Notes under the pieces: model-generated | Told to the model about the DNA's origin: nothing | Database searches by the model: none | Seen by the model: the letters and a program-made list of their open reading frames with translations, nothing else | Shown: positions 28,904 to 39,242 of the stretch, one piece after another | Numbering within the stretch: the stretch's first letter is position 1 | How the letters are laid out: each line of letters opens with the position of its first letter | Made by a program: the position numbers and the translations under genes | Assembly: GCA_963693055.1 (NCBI GenBank) | Contig: OY843751.1 | Location: forward strand, 2,656,001 to 2,720,000 | Length of the DNA stretch: 64,000 bases | Source of the DNA: a bacterium | Lineage (GTDB): Bacteria > Zhuqueibacterota > Zhuqueibacteria > Residuimicrobiales > Krinioviventaceae | Direction of reading: 5' to 3'

Positions 28904-30148
28904 TTATACTGCACTTGTAATTTCATTTAGATCAAATTTAATTTCTTCACTGATTGTTTTAATCTTTTCTACCGGGAGTTCAATATAACCAAATTCAGTG
29001 TAATCAATTTCATTAATGTCATCCTGAGTAGCAATACGGTTTACCAAATCATTTGTAAAACGAGAGACAAGCAGTATATCATTATTTTTTGATAAATCAG
29101 ATGAAAAGCTGTGGTGTAAAAGTGCAACTTCAATACTGATAGGAGGCAGGTTCCACAAATTTAGCAAAAAAGCACCTACTTCTGTGTGTGTATTACCTGC
29201 AAGACCCATATCCAATTCACAATCATAAAAACTCATATAGGGATGTTGTTTTTGGTGCTCAATAATTTGTTCAAATCTGTCTGGAAAGTATTGAAGTAAA
29301 ATGATTTTACCAATATCATGAGTAATACCAACCGAATTGTATTTGGAATTAATGGGTTTCATAAATTTCAATTTATAGAACAATTGAATGTATTTATTTA
29401 CAATAGAAGAGTGGTCAATAATATTTTGAAAATATTGCTGTTGTACCGAGTTTAATGGCTTTTGTGTGGAAAGCGTTACTGCCAATACAATGTTTTTAAC
29501 AGCATTCAACCCCATGGTCATTATAGCATGTTCAATTGAGGCTGTTGGCTCTCCCAAACGTCTGTAAAAAGCACTGTTTGCAATGTGTAAAATCTTGGTT
29601 GTTACGGATACATCCTGTTTTATGATATCTGCAAACTCGTCAAAAGAAGCTTCTCTATGGAATGCACTCATAAAATACTGATATAACATCGGCAGACTGG
29701 GTAATCTGTCAAGACTGTTCATTAAATCAAGAATTTTATCGTTTTTAAATGAACGATGAAATTTGAGCATACGAATAATTTCATCACGCAGTTCTGTAGT
29801 GTCCCACGGTTTAGGAAAATAAGTAGATACCAGCCCATTAGTTAAAGCCTGAAGTGCAGTGGATTCGTCAACATAACCACTGAGAAAAACACGAATAATG
29901 GAAGGCCATTTCTTTTTAACCAACTCGAGAAATTCCATACCGTCCATTTCCGGCATCCGAATATCACTAATAACCATATCAATTTGTTCGGATTCAATGA
30001 TTTCAATACCTTCTTTAGCACTTGAAGCTGTAACAATGTCAAAATCATTTTGAAATAGAGTGTCTCGAATGACATTTAAAACACTAGCTTCATCATCTAC
30101 AAAAAGTACCTTGCCCATATTTGCTGCATTAACGTCAAAAGTGGTCAT
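28904..30148 (-). CDS. Response regulator with HDOD domain
   Basis: LFVDDE, SDIRMP, KPW; LPSLP, IANSAFY, HDIGK, H.EVGA.L...WNLP. Confidence 0.92.
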   Translation of the reverse strand: MTTFDVNAANMGKVLFVDDEASVLNVIRDTLFQNDFDIVTASSAKEGIEIIESEQIDMVISDIRMPEMDGMEFLELVKKKWPSIIRVFLSGYVDESTALQALTNGLVSTYFPKPWDTTELRDEIIRMLKFHRSFKNDKILDLMNSLDRLPSLPMLYQYFMSAFHREASFDEFADIIKQDVSVTTKILHIANSAFYRRLGEPTASIEHAIMTMGLNAVKNIVLAVTLSTQKPLNSVQQQYFQNIIDHSSIVNKYIQLFYKLKFMKPINSKYNSVGITHDIGKIILLQYFPDRFEQIIEHQKQHPYMSFYDCELDMGLAGNTHTEVGAFLLNLWNLPPISIEVALLHHSFSSDLSKNNDILLVSRFTNDLVNRIATQDDINEIDYTEFGYIELPVEKIKTISEEIKFDLNEITSAV

Positions 30149-30236
30149 AATTGCTCCATTTTCCCTTTTAATACCCCTTAAATTTAATACCTTGTTTTAA
30201 AATAAGATATTCGGAAATCAATGTAAAGATTTTTTT

Positions 30237-30848
30237 TTATAGTTCAAGTAAGAAAAGAGTTGCAATAATTATACTCAAATCAGCTATCAAGTGAGAAAAA
30301 ATTGGAATTATTAAACCATTAAATTTCATTCTACATAATCTCCACATCCATGCTGTTAGAGATAATATTAAAAAGCTAAACAGAATCCATTCAATTTTAA
30401 TAAATTGATACAATACTATAGTGTGATATGCAGCAAACAAAAAATCTGTTAAAACCGGTTTTGTTGAATTTAAAAATAAAATGTCTCTCCAAAAATATTC
30501 CTCAAGGAAAGGGGTGGTCAAAGTATAATAGATGCTGAATATATAAAAAGAAAAACCATTCAAACCCAATGTTTCCAATGTAGATAACATTGACACGCTA
30601 TTCGAAACAATTGGCCATAAAATATAAATTGATATCCCTGAAGTTAATCCTGCCACTGAAAAGATAAGCAAATAAGTAAGGTTAAATCCTTTAAATAAAA
30701 TTTGAAAATTTCTTTCAGATGCTATAATGATTGTTAGTAAGATGATTGCATGATAGCCGATAATTGCGGCCCATGCATTTTTTAATATTATAATGCCAAT
30801 TACCATTATTAAAATTGGTAAACTAGCAATTAAATGTTTCTTGTTCAT
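30237..30848 (-). CDS. CPBP (CAAX protease/Abi) intramembrane metalloprotease
   Basis: LEEYFWR, FAAYH, SHLIAD motifs. Confidence 0.85.
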   Translation of the reverse strand: MNKKHLIASLPILIMVIGIIILKNAWAAIIGYHAIILLTIIIASERNFQILFKGFNLTYLLIFSVAGLTSGISIYILWPIVSNSVSMLSTLETLGLNGFSFYIFSIYYTLTTPFLEEYFWRDILFLNSTKPVLTDFLFAAYHTIVLYQFIKIEWILFSFLILSLTAWMWRLCRMKFNGLIIPIFSHLIADLSIIIATLFLLEL

Positions 30849-30874
30849 TAAAACACCCCTTATAAAACAGGTAA

Positions 30875-31636
30875 TTATTTCTTTGTGTTTTGCATATTTA
30901 CCCCTTTAAGCACTTTATCTGAATAACCCCAACCAAATTCAGATGGAAGGTCGACAAGTATAAAACTCGATTTTTTGATAGATTTGATGAGTAATTGATT
31001 TTCAAGTTCAATTCTTGCCTGATCATTTGTTTTTATGACAGAATCATTAACATTAAACATGCCTGAAATATTATATATAAATATTCGTCTTTTATCATAA
31101 AGGTCATAAAACAAGGTTTTATCCGGTTCTAAATCGCATCTATATATGGTTGCATCTGCATTTATGTGCACGGCTTCGTCAAAACCCTGGCCCGAAGCAA
31201 TGGGGTAAATATTGTTTAACCAATTTCGGGATCTTGTTTTTTTAATTTCTGTGGTGGGTTCTAGATTGTGTTTATTGGGATAGAGCCAGATTTGAAAATA
31301 TTGTACCGGTTTTTCTGAAAAATTAATTTCAGAATGACGAACACCCGTCCCCGCGCTGAGGGAATGGACTTGATTGGTTGAAATTACAGTTTTGTTGTTC
31401 ATATTATCATGATGGGTTATATCCCCCTTGTGAACCAGTGTAACAATTTCCATGTTTTTATGGGGATGGGTTGGGAAGCCACATTGAGGTTCAATATGAT
31501 CATGATTAAATATCCGTAAATTTCCAAATTGGATGTTATTCGGGTCGTAATAACTGGAAAATGAAAATAGCCACCACGCTTTTAACCAACCCAGATTTGT
31601 GTAATGACGTTCGTCGGCTCTAATTATTCGTATCAT
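30875..31636 (-). CDS. Pirin family protein
   Basis: FSFSSYYDP, GFPTHPHKNMEI, SAGTGVRHSE, QIW. Confidence 0.93.
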   Translation of the reverse strand: MIRIIRADERHYTNLGWLKAWWLFSFSSYYDPNNIQFGNLRIFNHDHIEPQCGFPTHPHKNMEIVTLVHKGDITHHDNMNNKTVISTNQVHSLSAGTGVRHSEINFSEKPVQYFQIWLYPNKHNLEPTTEIKKTRSRNWLNNIYPIASGQGFDEAVHINADATIYRCDLEPDKTLFYDLYDKRRIFIYNISGMFNVNDSVIKTNDQARIELENQLLIKSIKKSSFILVDLPSEFGWGYSDKVLKGVNMQNTKK

Positions 31637-31638
31637 AA

Positions 31639-33057
31639 TTATTCATATCTTATTGGCCAGGATTCAGAATCAGTATGGGCTTTTTCAAGTCTTGCTTTAA
31701 CTTTTTCTAGAATATCCGGATGTGCATTTGCAACATTGGTGGTTTCACCCAAATCAGAATCCAGATCAAACAATTCAATTTGAGCATTCGGGCCATCCTG
31801 AACAGCTTTCCAGTAATTCATACGCAGAGCAAAACGTGTGGGTTTGTTCCAATGAAATTCCCAATACAGGTATTCATGTTGTTTTTGAATTTCAGATTTG
31901 CCTAAAAGCGTAGGCAGGAATGATATTCCATCGATATTTTCAGGGATTTCAATTCCAGCAAGTTCAACACAAGTAGGAAGGAGGTCCCAAAACGCAGAGA
32001 TGTGATTACTTTTTGTACCGGGTTTGATCTTGCCTGGCCATTTTGCAATAAAAGGAACCCGAATGCCGCCTTCGTAGACATCACGTTTTATGCCTCGTAA
32101 TGGACCATTGCTATCATTGAAATCAGGATCATTTAATCCTTCTTTATGTGGTCCGTTATCACTTGAGAACATGATTACTGTGTTTTCTGTTAATCCAAGG
32201 TTTTGCAAGTGCTCAACAATTTTTCCAATATCACTGTCCATTCTTGAAATCATGGCAGCATGACCTTTTTGAGCCAAAGGCCAATTTTTATCTTTATAAA
32301 TTCCATAATCAGGAACTTCCATGCCATGTTCTGCTTCAACAAGGTTCCATTGATTATTTGCATGGGGGATGGTATAAGCAAGGTACAGGAAAAAGGGATT
32401 GTTTCTATTTTTATCAATAAAAGTTTGTGCTTCCCGGGTAAATAAATCATGAGAATAAGTAGATTTGTTTATAGATGCACTTCCTATGCCTTTCGAATAT
32501 CCATTTTCAGACATTACTATGTTATTATCAAGTTTAATCTTTTCATGATTCCGCCAGATCCAATCCGTATAATAGTTGTGAGCACGTGTTTGGTTTAAAT
32601 AACCAAAAAAATAATCAAATCCTTTTTTGTTGGGTTCACCGGTGGTTTCTGTTTCACCCAAGCCCCACTTTCCAACGAGAGCGGTTGAATAGCCTGCCTT
32701 TTTTAATAATTCAGCAATTATCAGGTCACTGGGTTCCAGTGGAATGAGAGCATTTCCACGAATTCTGGCGTGTCCTGTGTGTGTGCCTGTCATAAGGCAA
32801 CAACGGGAGGGGGCGCAAACTGTGCTTCCGGCATAATGATCAGTAAACAAAATACCATCATTGGCTAATTTGTCGATATTGGGAGTTTGAATTTCTTTTT
32901 GGCCGTAACAACCTAAATCACCATAACCTAAATCATCCGCTAAGATATAAATGATATTGGGTTTTGATTTTCGAGTTGCACAATTTAAAATGGGGATAGG
33001 TAAAAAGGCAGTGGCCGCACCGAGTACATGTTTAAGGAATTCTCTACGTTGCAGCAA
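31639..33057 (-). CDS. Arylsulfatase with Tat signal
   Basis: RREFLK Tat motif; ILADDLGYGD; CAPSR formylglycine motif; GKW; SDNG. Confidence 0.94.
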   Translation of the reverse strand: MLQRREFLKHVLGAATAFLPIPILNCATRKSKPNIIYILADDLGYGDLGCYGQKEIQTPNIDKLANDGILFTDHYAGSTVCAPSRCCLMTGTHTGHARIRGNALIPLEPSDLIIAELLKKAGYSTALVGKWGLGETETTGEPNKKGFDYFFGYLNQTRAHNYYTDWIWRNHEKIKLDNNIVMSENGYSKGIGSASINKSTYSHDLFTREAQTFIDKNRNNPFFLYLAYTIPHANNQWNLVEAEHGMEVPDYGIYKDKNWPLAQKGHAAMISRMDSDIGKIVEHLQNLGLTENTVIMFSSDNGPHKEGLNDPDFNDSNGPLRGIKRDVYEGGIRVPFIAKWPGKIKPGTKSNHISAFWDLLPTCVELAGIEIPENIDGISFLPTLLGKSEIQKQHEYLYWEFHWNKPTRFALRMNYWKAVQDGPNAQIELFDLDSDLGETTNVANAHPDILEKVKARLEKAHTDSESWPIRYE

Positions 33058-33080
33058 AACTATTCCTTTCCGGTAAAGGT

Positions 33081-33929
33081 TTATTTTTCCTTTAATTTTT
33101 TAAACACAGAGTCAATGTTCTCATCCAATGTGGCAATTTTTTCTTTAAAAAACAAACCTAAATAAATAGGTTCTTTGCTCTCGGCATATTGCAAAGCTTT
33201 TGCTCTATCTGTTACATCATAATCATCAGGAAATTTGCCTACTACCTGGTTCCAGCTTTTATATGTAATGAGTTTATTAAATTCAACACAAGGAGATAGA
33301 TCATGAATAAATGAAAACCCCGGGTGTTGTATAGCTTCTTTAACAATTTGAGAAACTAGTTTACGTTCACGACTAAAAACGCGAGCGACAAAGGTTGCCC
33401 CATATGATAAAGCTAAAGTAGTTGGATTTAGAGGGCGCGCTATGTTTCCATATGGAGTAGTGCCGCTAATCATTCCCATTGGCGATGTAGGTGAGACCTG
33501 GCCTTTGGTTAAACCATAAATGCTATTGTCCAACAGGATATATGTTATATTGAGGTTGTTTCTTGCAGCGTGAGGAAAATGACCGCCACCAATCCCAACA
33601 CCATCACCATCACCACCAACCACAACAACCGATAGTTCCGGATTAGCAATTTTGATTCCTGTTGCAATAGGAATTGCACGTCCATGCAGTCCATGAAAAC
33701 CAAATCCGTTTACAAAGAAGGGAAAGCGACCAGAACAACCAATACCAGATACAACAACAAAATTCTTTGGGGGTATTTTGAGCTCATTGGCAGCTTCATA
33801 TAGTCCATTTAACGCTGTAAAATGTCCACAACCGGGACACCATGTAGGCAAGTTACCACGCCATTTACTTTTATTTTCAATTTTAACTCGGTCTAGTGCA
33901 TCAAGAACGGACCTTTTATTTAATGTCAT
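33081..33929 (-). CDS. 2-oxoacid:ferredoxin oxidoreductase beta subunit
   Basis: WCPGCG, SGIGCS, HGRA, GGDGD TPP motif, YGLTKGQ.SPT; ATG at 33929 overlaps alpha end. Confidence 0.95.
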   Translation of the reverse strand: MTLNKRSVLDALDRVKIENKSKWRGNLPTWCPGCGHFTALNGLYEAANELKIPPKNFVVVSGIGCSGRFPFFVNGFGFHGLHGRAIPIATGIKIANPELSVVVVGGDGDGVGIGGGHFPHAARNNLNITYILLDNSIYGLTKGQVSPTSPMGMISGTTPYGNIARPLNPTTLALSYGATFVARVFSRERKLVSQIVKEAIQHPGFSFIHDLSPCVEFNKLITYKSWNQVVGKFPDDYDVTDRAKALQYAESKEPIYLGLFFKEKIATLDENIDSVFKKLKEK

Positions 33930-35670
33930 TTTGTACCTCAAGAATCTTTTCTGCAACTTTTGCCGGACTTACCGGATCTACAGAGGGGATATGTACCTCA
34001 ACAGGTTTAATATTGTAGGTCGATTTGAGCAACGCGGCATATTGACCTTGATAATTCATTTCAAATACAATAATCTTTTTGCAGCTGTTGAAAAATTCGT
34101 TAAAAGCATTTTCATCTTGTGGATATATCATAATACTTTTTATCAGTTTAGATTTAACACCTTTTTGCCGGGCAAGCTCCATGCCTTCCAGAATTGCGCC
34201 AATAGTTGAGCCCCAGCTTGCTATGCCCACATCTGCATCCTCATCACCTATGATCTCTACAGGAGGCAGGTCTTGCACCATTGTTTTAAACTTTCTGTAT
34301 CTTTTTGATGTCATGTCTTTGTGAACAACCGATTCAAAGTTCGGATTTCCCTTTAGATTATGCTCAAGCCCGGTTACAGAATAAAAAGCGCCTTCTTCAC
34401 CCGGTACAAGCCATGGAGAAATACCGTCTGGTGTCATTTCATATCGGTTATAATTTTGCAACTGTTCCGCTGTTGGCTTTATCCGAGTTGAACGGTTACG
34501 GTTGATATTGAGTTCCAGACTTTCGGTTTCAACCCGTTGCCCTAAAAAAAGATCACTCAGAAAAATTACAGGGGTCTGATATTTTTCAGCCAAATCAAAT
34601 GCGGTTTGTACTCCTGTATAACAATCTTTAATATCGGCAGGGGCCATAACTACACGCGGAGAATCTCCTGATCCGCCATAAAGTGCAATGTTTAAATCTG
34701 CTTGTTCAAGTTTGGTTGGTAATCCTGTTGCCGGTCCACCGCGTTGCACATTGATGATTATTGAAGGAATTTCTGCCATTACGGATAGATTTAAAAGCTC
34801 ACTCATTAATGATAATCCTGGGCCAGAGGTAGCTGTCATAGAGCGTGTACCAGTATACCATGCGCCTAAAACTGCGCCAGCGGCAGCAATTTCATCTTCA
34901 ACCTGAATTGTCCATCCACCTAGTTTGGGTAATTCTGTCGCGCAGATTTCCATGATCTTGGTAGCAGGGGTAATAGGATAACCGGCAAAAAATTTAAGAC
35001 CGCAATCCATTGCTCCTCTGGCCAATGCTTCATTACCACTAATCATTGTTAATGGTTTTGCACCTGTTTGAATAGGAAATTCATGATCCAGAGGAAATTC
35101 TTTTTGGCAATATTCATAACCAAAATCAAAAGCTTTTAAATTGGTATTAACAACCTTTTCACCTTTGCGGGTAAATATTTTTTTAATGTAATTTTTAAAA
35201 ATGTCCCGAGGTAGTCCATATAGATAGCAAAATGCACCAATTGCTACAATATTACGTCCCTTATTTGTATTGGTTGCCTGATTTGAGAGTTTTTTCAATG
35301 GAACGCCATATCCCTGCATGTTGGGTTTAATATGTGAAGCAAGGCTTTCATCTTCAGGAATATCTGATGTTAAACTACTATCATAGATGATACTGCCACC
35401 AGGAACCATATCTTCAAGTTCATCAATCGATTCAAGTGAAGCCAGACCCACCAATATATCAATTCCGTCTCCCATGCTATAAACTTTGGAATTTGAGAAT
35501 CTTACAGTGGAGGTTGATTTGCCCAAGCCTCTGATTTCAGCACTGTAAATGTCATTTACCATTACATTAAGGCCAATACCAGCGCAAGAATTGGCAACAA
35601 TCCGGCTTGCTGATACAATACCATCACCGGCAATACCACAAAATCTAATAGATAATTCTTTATGTTCCAT
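33916..35670 (-). CDS. 2-oxoacid:ferredoxin oxidoreductase alpha subunit (gamma-alpha fusion)
   Basis: G.AGDG, YSAEIRG, GYPITPAT, EDEIAA, TSGPG, QRGGPATGLPT, EMN.GQ. Confidence 0.95.
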   Translation of the reverse strand: MEHKELSIRFCGIAGDGIVSASRIVANSCAGIGLNVMVNDIYSAEIRGLGKSTSTVRFSNSKVYSMGDGIDILVGLASLESIDELEDMVPGGSIIYDSSLTSDIPEDESLASHIKPNMQGYGVPLKKLSNQATNTNKGRNIVAIGAFCYLYGLPRDIFKNYIKKIFTRKGEKVVNTNLKAFDFGYEYCQKEFPLDHEFPIQTGAKPLTMISGNEALARGAMDCGLKFFAGYPITPATKIMEICATELPKLGGWTIQVEDEIAAAGAVLGAWYTGTRSMTATSGPGLSLMSELLNLSVMAEIPSIIINVQRGGPATGLPTKLEQADLNIALYGGSGDSPRVVMAPADIKDCYTGVQTAFDLAEKYQTPVIFLSDLFLGQRVETESLELNINRNRSTRIKPTAEQLQNYNRYEMTPDGISPWLVPGEEGAFYSVTGLEHNLKGNPNFESVVHKDMTSKRYRKFKTMVQDLPPVEIIGDEDADVGIASWGSTIGAILEGMELARQKGVKSKLIKSIMIYPQDENAFNEFFNSCKKIIVFEMNYQGQYAALLKSTYNIKPVEVHIPSVDPVSPAKVAEKILEVQNDIK

Positions 35671-35685
35671 ATTCTACCGTTTCGT

Positions 35686-36687
35686 TTATTCCCACCAGCG
35701 GGCTTTTAAGGGTTTTCCCATTAATTTAAAAGATAATGTTTCATGTATCTGATATTCAATTTTATTTCCGGCAATATTTTTACCGGCAATTTCTCCTTGT
35801 TCCTGGGCGTTTGGCCAACCGAAATTAATCCAATAGTTTTTCAAAACTGGGTGATATATTTCCGTACAATCACCTGCCGCATAAATATCCTTGATAGATG
35901 TTTGCAAATGTGTGTCAACCAATATCCCTTTTTTTTGATAGACCTTATCGGGTTGACAAAAATCAATGTTTGGCTTCCTGTCATCCCAGGCGTATATAAT
36001 ATCTGTATCAATTTTTTTATTTTTAAGCGTTAATACTCGGTATTTATTATCTTTCTTTTCAACATAAACAGGTTTATCGTTGGTAATTATTTCAATTCCT
36101 TTATTTTGAATGAAATCATGTATGTAATCTGCAAATTCCGATTGTAAAAGGGGAAAGAGTACCTGGTCACGACGGGTTATATAGGTGATTTTTTTTCCCA
36201 GATTATACATACCTGCTAAAAGATCAAGATTGCTCAGATTTTCTCCATAGATTACACAATGTTCAATGTTATCTAAATTACGTTTTAAAAGCTGTACATC
36301 CTGCAGTGTGTAATAGGATTGTATGAGTTGTGAAAAGGGACTTAGCAAGGGCCCCAGATGCTGACGTCCACCTGTTGCAATTAGCAATTTATCAAAAGAT
36401 AATACTTCATTGTGAAAGAGCTTAATTTTCTTGTTTTCCGGATCAACTGCTTTAACGGATTCACCTTTGCGAAATTTTATCCCCAATTTTTTGATTTCAT
36501 CCAGATTCAAATAATAGAGTTGTGAATCATCAAGTTGATCGCAAAGATATTCGGTGAGAAGATAGCGGTTATAGGGAAGATAAGGTTCCTTTCCAATGAC
36601 CGTAACATCAATTTGCGGGTCCGTCTTTTTTATTGTTGAAGCAGCTGTCATACCGGCTATTCCAGCACCGATGATGATCACTTTCAT
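35686..36687 (-). CDS. FAD-dependent pyridine nucleotide-disulphide oxidoreductase-like protein with degenerate NAD site
   Basis: GAGIAG, PYNR, LLIATG, YAAGDC, W.NA..QG..AG; second Rossmann motif reads GENLSN. Confidence 0.85.
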   Translation of the reverse strand: MKVIIIGAGIAGMTAASTIKKTDPQIDVTVIGKEPYLPYNRYLLTEYLCDQLDDSQLYYLNLDEIKKLGIKFRKGESVKAVDPENKKIKLFHNEVLSFDKLLIATGGRQHLGPLLSPFSQLIQSYYTLQDVQLLKRNLDNIEHCVIYGENLSNLDLLAGMYNLGKKITYITRRDQVLFPLLQSEFADYIHDFIQNKGIEIITNDKPVYVEKKDNKYRVLTLKNKKIDTDIIYAWDDRKPNIDFCQPDKVYQKKGILVDTHLQTSIKDIYAAGDCTEIYHPVLKNYWINFGWPNAQEQGEIAGKNIAGNKIEYQIHETLSFKLMGKPLKARWWE

Positions 36688-36721
36688 AACAATTCTCCAA
36701 ATAGCGGGATTGAATTATTTT

Positions 36722-38392
36722 TTATTTTTCTATAGTTGTCAATGTATATTTGGATATAGAAATACAATCTACCGGACAAGCTCGTACACAATTACCGCAT
36801 CTGATACATTTGTCGTTGTCAATTACAATTGCTTGTACCTGACCCCAATTTTCAGCTTCAACCGGTTTCATGCTTCCATCTTCCGTTACGGTAATATCTT
36901 TGGCCATTTTAATACAATCAACAGGCATTACATCAATGCATGCAAGGCAATAGATACATCGATCTATGTCGATTTGAAAATTGTAATGGCAGAGATAACA
37001 TCGCTTTGCCTCATTTAATGATTTTTCTTCGCTAAAACCTGTATCTACTTCTTTTTCTTTTATCGATCTTTCTGAAATAGGAATTTTATCCATTGGCTGC
37101 AAAGGAATAAAATCATATTCGCGAATTCTGCCAGTTTCTTTAATAGGCTCTATAGTTACAATATCTTCAAAACCACACAGGCCGGCAAGATCTTTATGGA
37201 CAAGCTGAGCGGTTTTACGTCCGTCAGAACAAGCCTGAATAACTGTGGAAGCACCGTTTCTAAAATCACCAGCAGTATAAATTCCTTTCGTTACCAGTTC
37301 TAGATCTTTGACCAGGTGCTTTTCTTCTTCCTGCCCTATTGCAAATATCACAGTATCTGCAGGAATTACAAAATCCGAATCTGGGATTTGTGTTAATTGA
37401 TTATTTGCCCCTTTGGCATTACGTTTAAATTTAACACCCGTTACCTGACCATTTTTAGATTCGATAGCAATAGGGGTGACCAGAAATGAAAAATCAATAC
37501 CCTCTGCTTCCATGTCTTCTATTTCGTGTTCACCAACTGTCATTTCATTTCTTGTAAAAAGAAAAGAAAGTGTAATATTCTTTGCACCCATCCGAAAAGC
37601 CATACGTGTACAATCAACAGAGGTAAATCCACCACCAACAACTATAACATTTTTCATTTTATGGTCAAAAGTGTTTGTGTTGGCGTCCATCATAAAATCT
37701 AGACCCCACGTGACTCCTTTTGAATCCAGCCCGGTAATGTCTAATCGTTTAGGCGCCATACAACCACCGGCCATTATCACGGCATCATATTCAGATTTCA
37801 ATTCTTTGATCTGATCATAATTGTCTATTCTTATGTTGGTTTTCAAGGTAACACCCAAATCTAAAATAGATTGTAGATCCTGGTTCACAATATCATTAGG
37901 TAATCTAAAACGGGGAATACCATAACGCAGCATGCCGCCTGCTTTAGAAAATTGTTCAAGAATAGTTACCTTGTAGCCCCGAATAGCCAAATCATTTGCT
38001 GCAGTTAAACCGGAAGGTCCAGAGCCAATAATACAAACGGTTTTTCCGTTAGGTTTATTGCCATTTTTAAATTCTTTAAAACCATAATCAGCTGCTGATC
38101 TTTTTAAAAAGCATATAGCAACAGGATCTCCTAAACCATCCCATCCATGTCTACATGCACTTTCACAAGGGCGATGACAAATTCTTCCCAGAATAGAAGG
38201 TAACACATTATCTTTACGATTAATTAAATAGGCAGTTTTGTAATCACCATCAGATATTGCTTTGATATACCCGGGTATGTCTGTCATAATAGGACATGCA
38301 GATTTGCATGGTATATTCACATCAATCCACTTACGGTCCAATAAATCCGTTGATTTGTAAATTTGGTCCCCATGAGATTCAGGTGCCATCAT
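36722..38392 (-). CDS. GltD/DsrL-like Fe-S flavoprotein with C-terminal ferredoxin domain
   Basis: PCKSACP, GRICHRPCESAC, GSGPSG, GGMLRYGIP, VGGGFTSVDC, AGD, EAKRCYLC, CIYCLAC and CIRCGNCVRACP. Confidence 0.9.
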   Translation of the reverse strand: MMAPESHGDQIYKSTDLLDRKWIDVNIPCKSACPIMTDIPGYIKAISDGDYKTAYLINRKDNVLPSILGRICHRPCESACRHGWDGLGDPVAICFLKRSAADYGFKEFKNGNKPNGKTVCIIGSGPSGLTAANDLAIRGYKVTILEQFSKAGGMLRYGIPRFRLPNDIVNQDLQSILDLGVTLKTNIRIDNYDQIKELKSEYDAVIMAGGCMAPKRLDITGLDSKGVTWGLDFMMDANTNTFDHKMKNVIVVGGGFTSVDCTRMAFRMGAKNITLSFLFTRNEMTVGEHEIEDMEAEGIDFSFLVTPIAIESKNGQVTGVKFKRNAKGANNQLTQIPDSDFVIPADTVIFAIGQEEEKHLVKDLELVTKGIYTAGDFRNGASTVIQACSDGRKTAQLVHKDLAGLCGFEDIVTIEPIKETGRIREYDFIPLQPMDKIPISERSIKEKEVDTGFSEEKSLNEAKRCYLCHYNFQIDIDRCIYCLACIDVMPVDCIKMAKDITVTEDGSMKPVEAENWGQVQAIVIDNDKCIRCGNCVRACPVDCISISKYTLTTIEK

Positions 38393-38576
38393 CGAACTCC
38401 CATTAATAAATGATGGATTTTTTAAAAGATAATGAATGCTGTTACCCGAAACAAGTATTTTATCGTTATTATTTTGATTTTATTGTGATTTATTGTTTTT
38501 TTTTATCAAGATGTTGTTGAATTTAATTTTTTTTAATACTTTAATTTTTATTGATAATTAAAAGGAAAAGTAAGAA

Positions 38577-39242
38577 TTGATTGGAAATAGTAGAATCATT
38601 AAATCAAACCAAGCTGATGTTCATTGTGATTTAATAAAATTATTGGATAGATACAGCAACAAGCCGTTTCAACGTCAAATATCAAATCAGATTGTGGAAA
38701 GTTTTTTAATGCTCGATGATCAAGTTAAAAAACATAAAATGCCAATCATACTTGATTCAGGTTGTGGAGTGGGAGAGAGCACATTAAGCATAGCTGAGAA
38801 AAATCCAAACAATTTGGTTATAGGCGTAGATAAATCTATACACCGTCTGGATAAAAATTTTTCCAGTAAAGTGAAACACAATAATGTTATTTTTTATCGA
38901 ACAAATTTAATTGATTTTTGGCCCCTTGTCAATCAGTATGATTGGCAGGTTCAAAAACATTACTTGCTTTATCCGAATCCGTGGCCACTTAAAAAAGACG
39001 TCAAAAAAAGATTTCATGCTCACCCCATTTTTATGGAATTGATTAAAATTTCTAATGTTATAGAATTGCGTAGTAATTGGAAAATTTATCTTGAAGAATT
39101 TTCACTTGCTTTTGAACATGTTGCGGGGTGCAAAAGTAAAGTAGAAATTTATAATCCTGAATCAGCTGTAACACCATTTGAACGCAAGTACCAATCAAGC
39201 GGACATGTTTTATATAGATTGTTGATTCAACATGAGGGATAA
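38577..39242 (+). CDS. TrmB-like SAM-dependent methyltransferase
   Basis: LDSGCGVGEST, GVDKS, LYPNPWP, RFH, ELRSNW..Y, TPFERKY. Confidence 0.82.
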   Translation: MIGNSRIIKSNQADVHCDLIKLLDRYSNKPFQRQISNQIVESFLMLDDQVKKHKMPIILDSGCGVGESTLSIAEKNPNNLVIGVDKSIHRLDKNFSSKVKHNNVIFYRTNLIDFWPLVNQYDWQVQKHYLLYPNPWPLKKDVKKRFHAHPIFMELIKISNVIELRSNWKIYLEEFSLAFEHVAGCKSKVEIYNPESAVTPFERKYQSSGHVLYRLLIQHEG

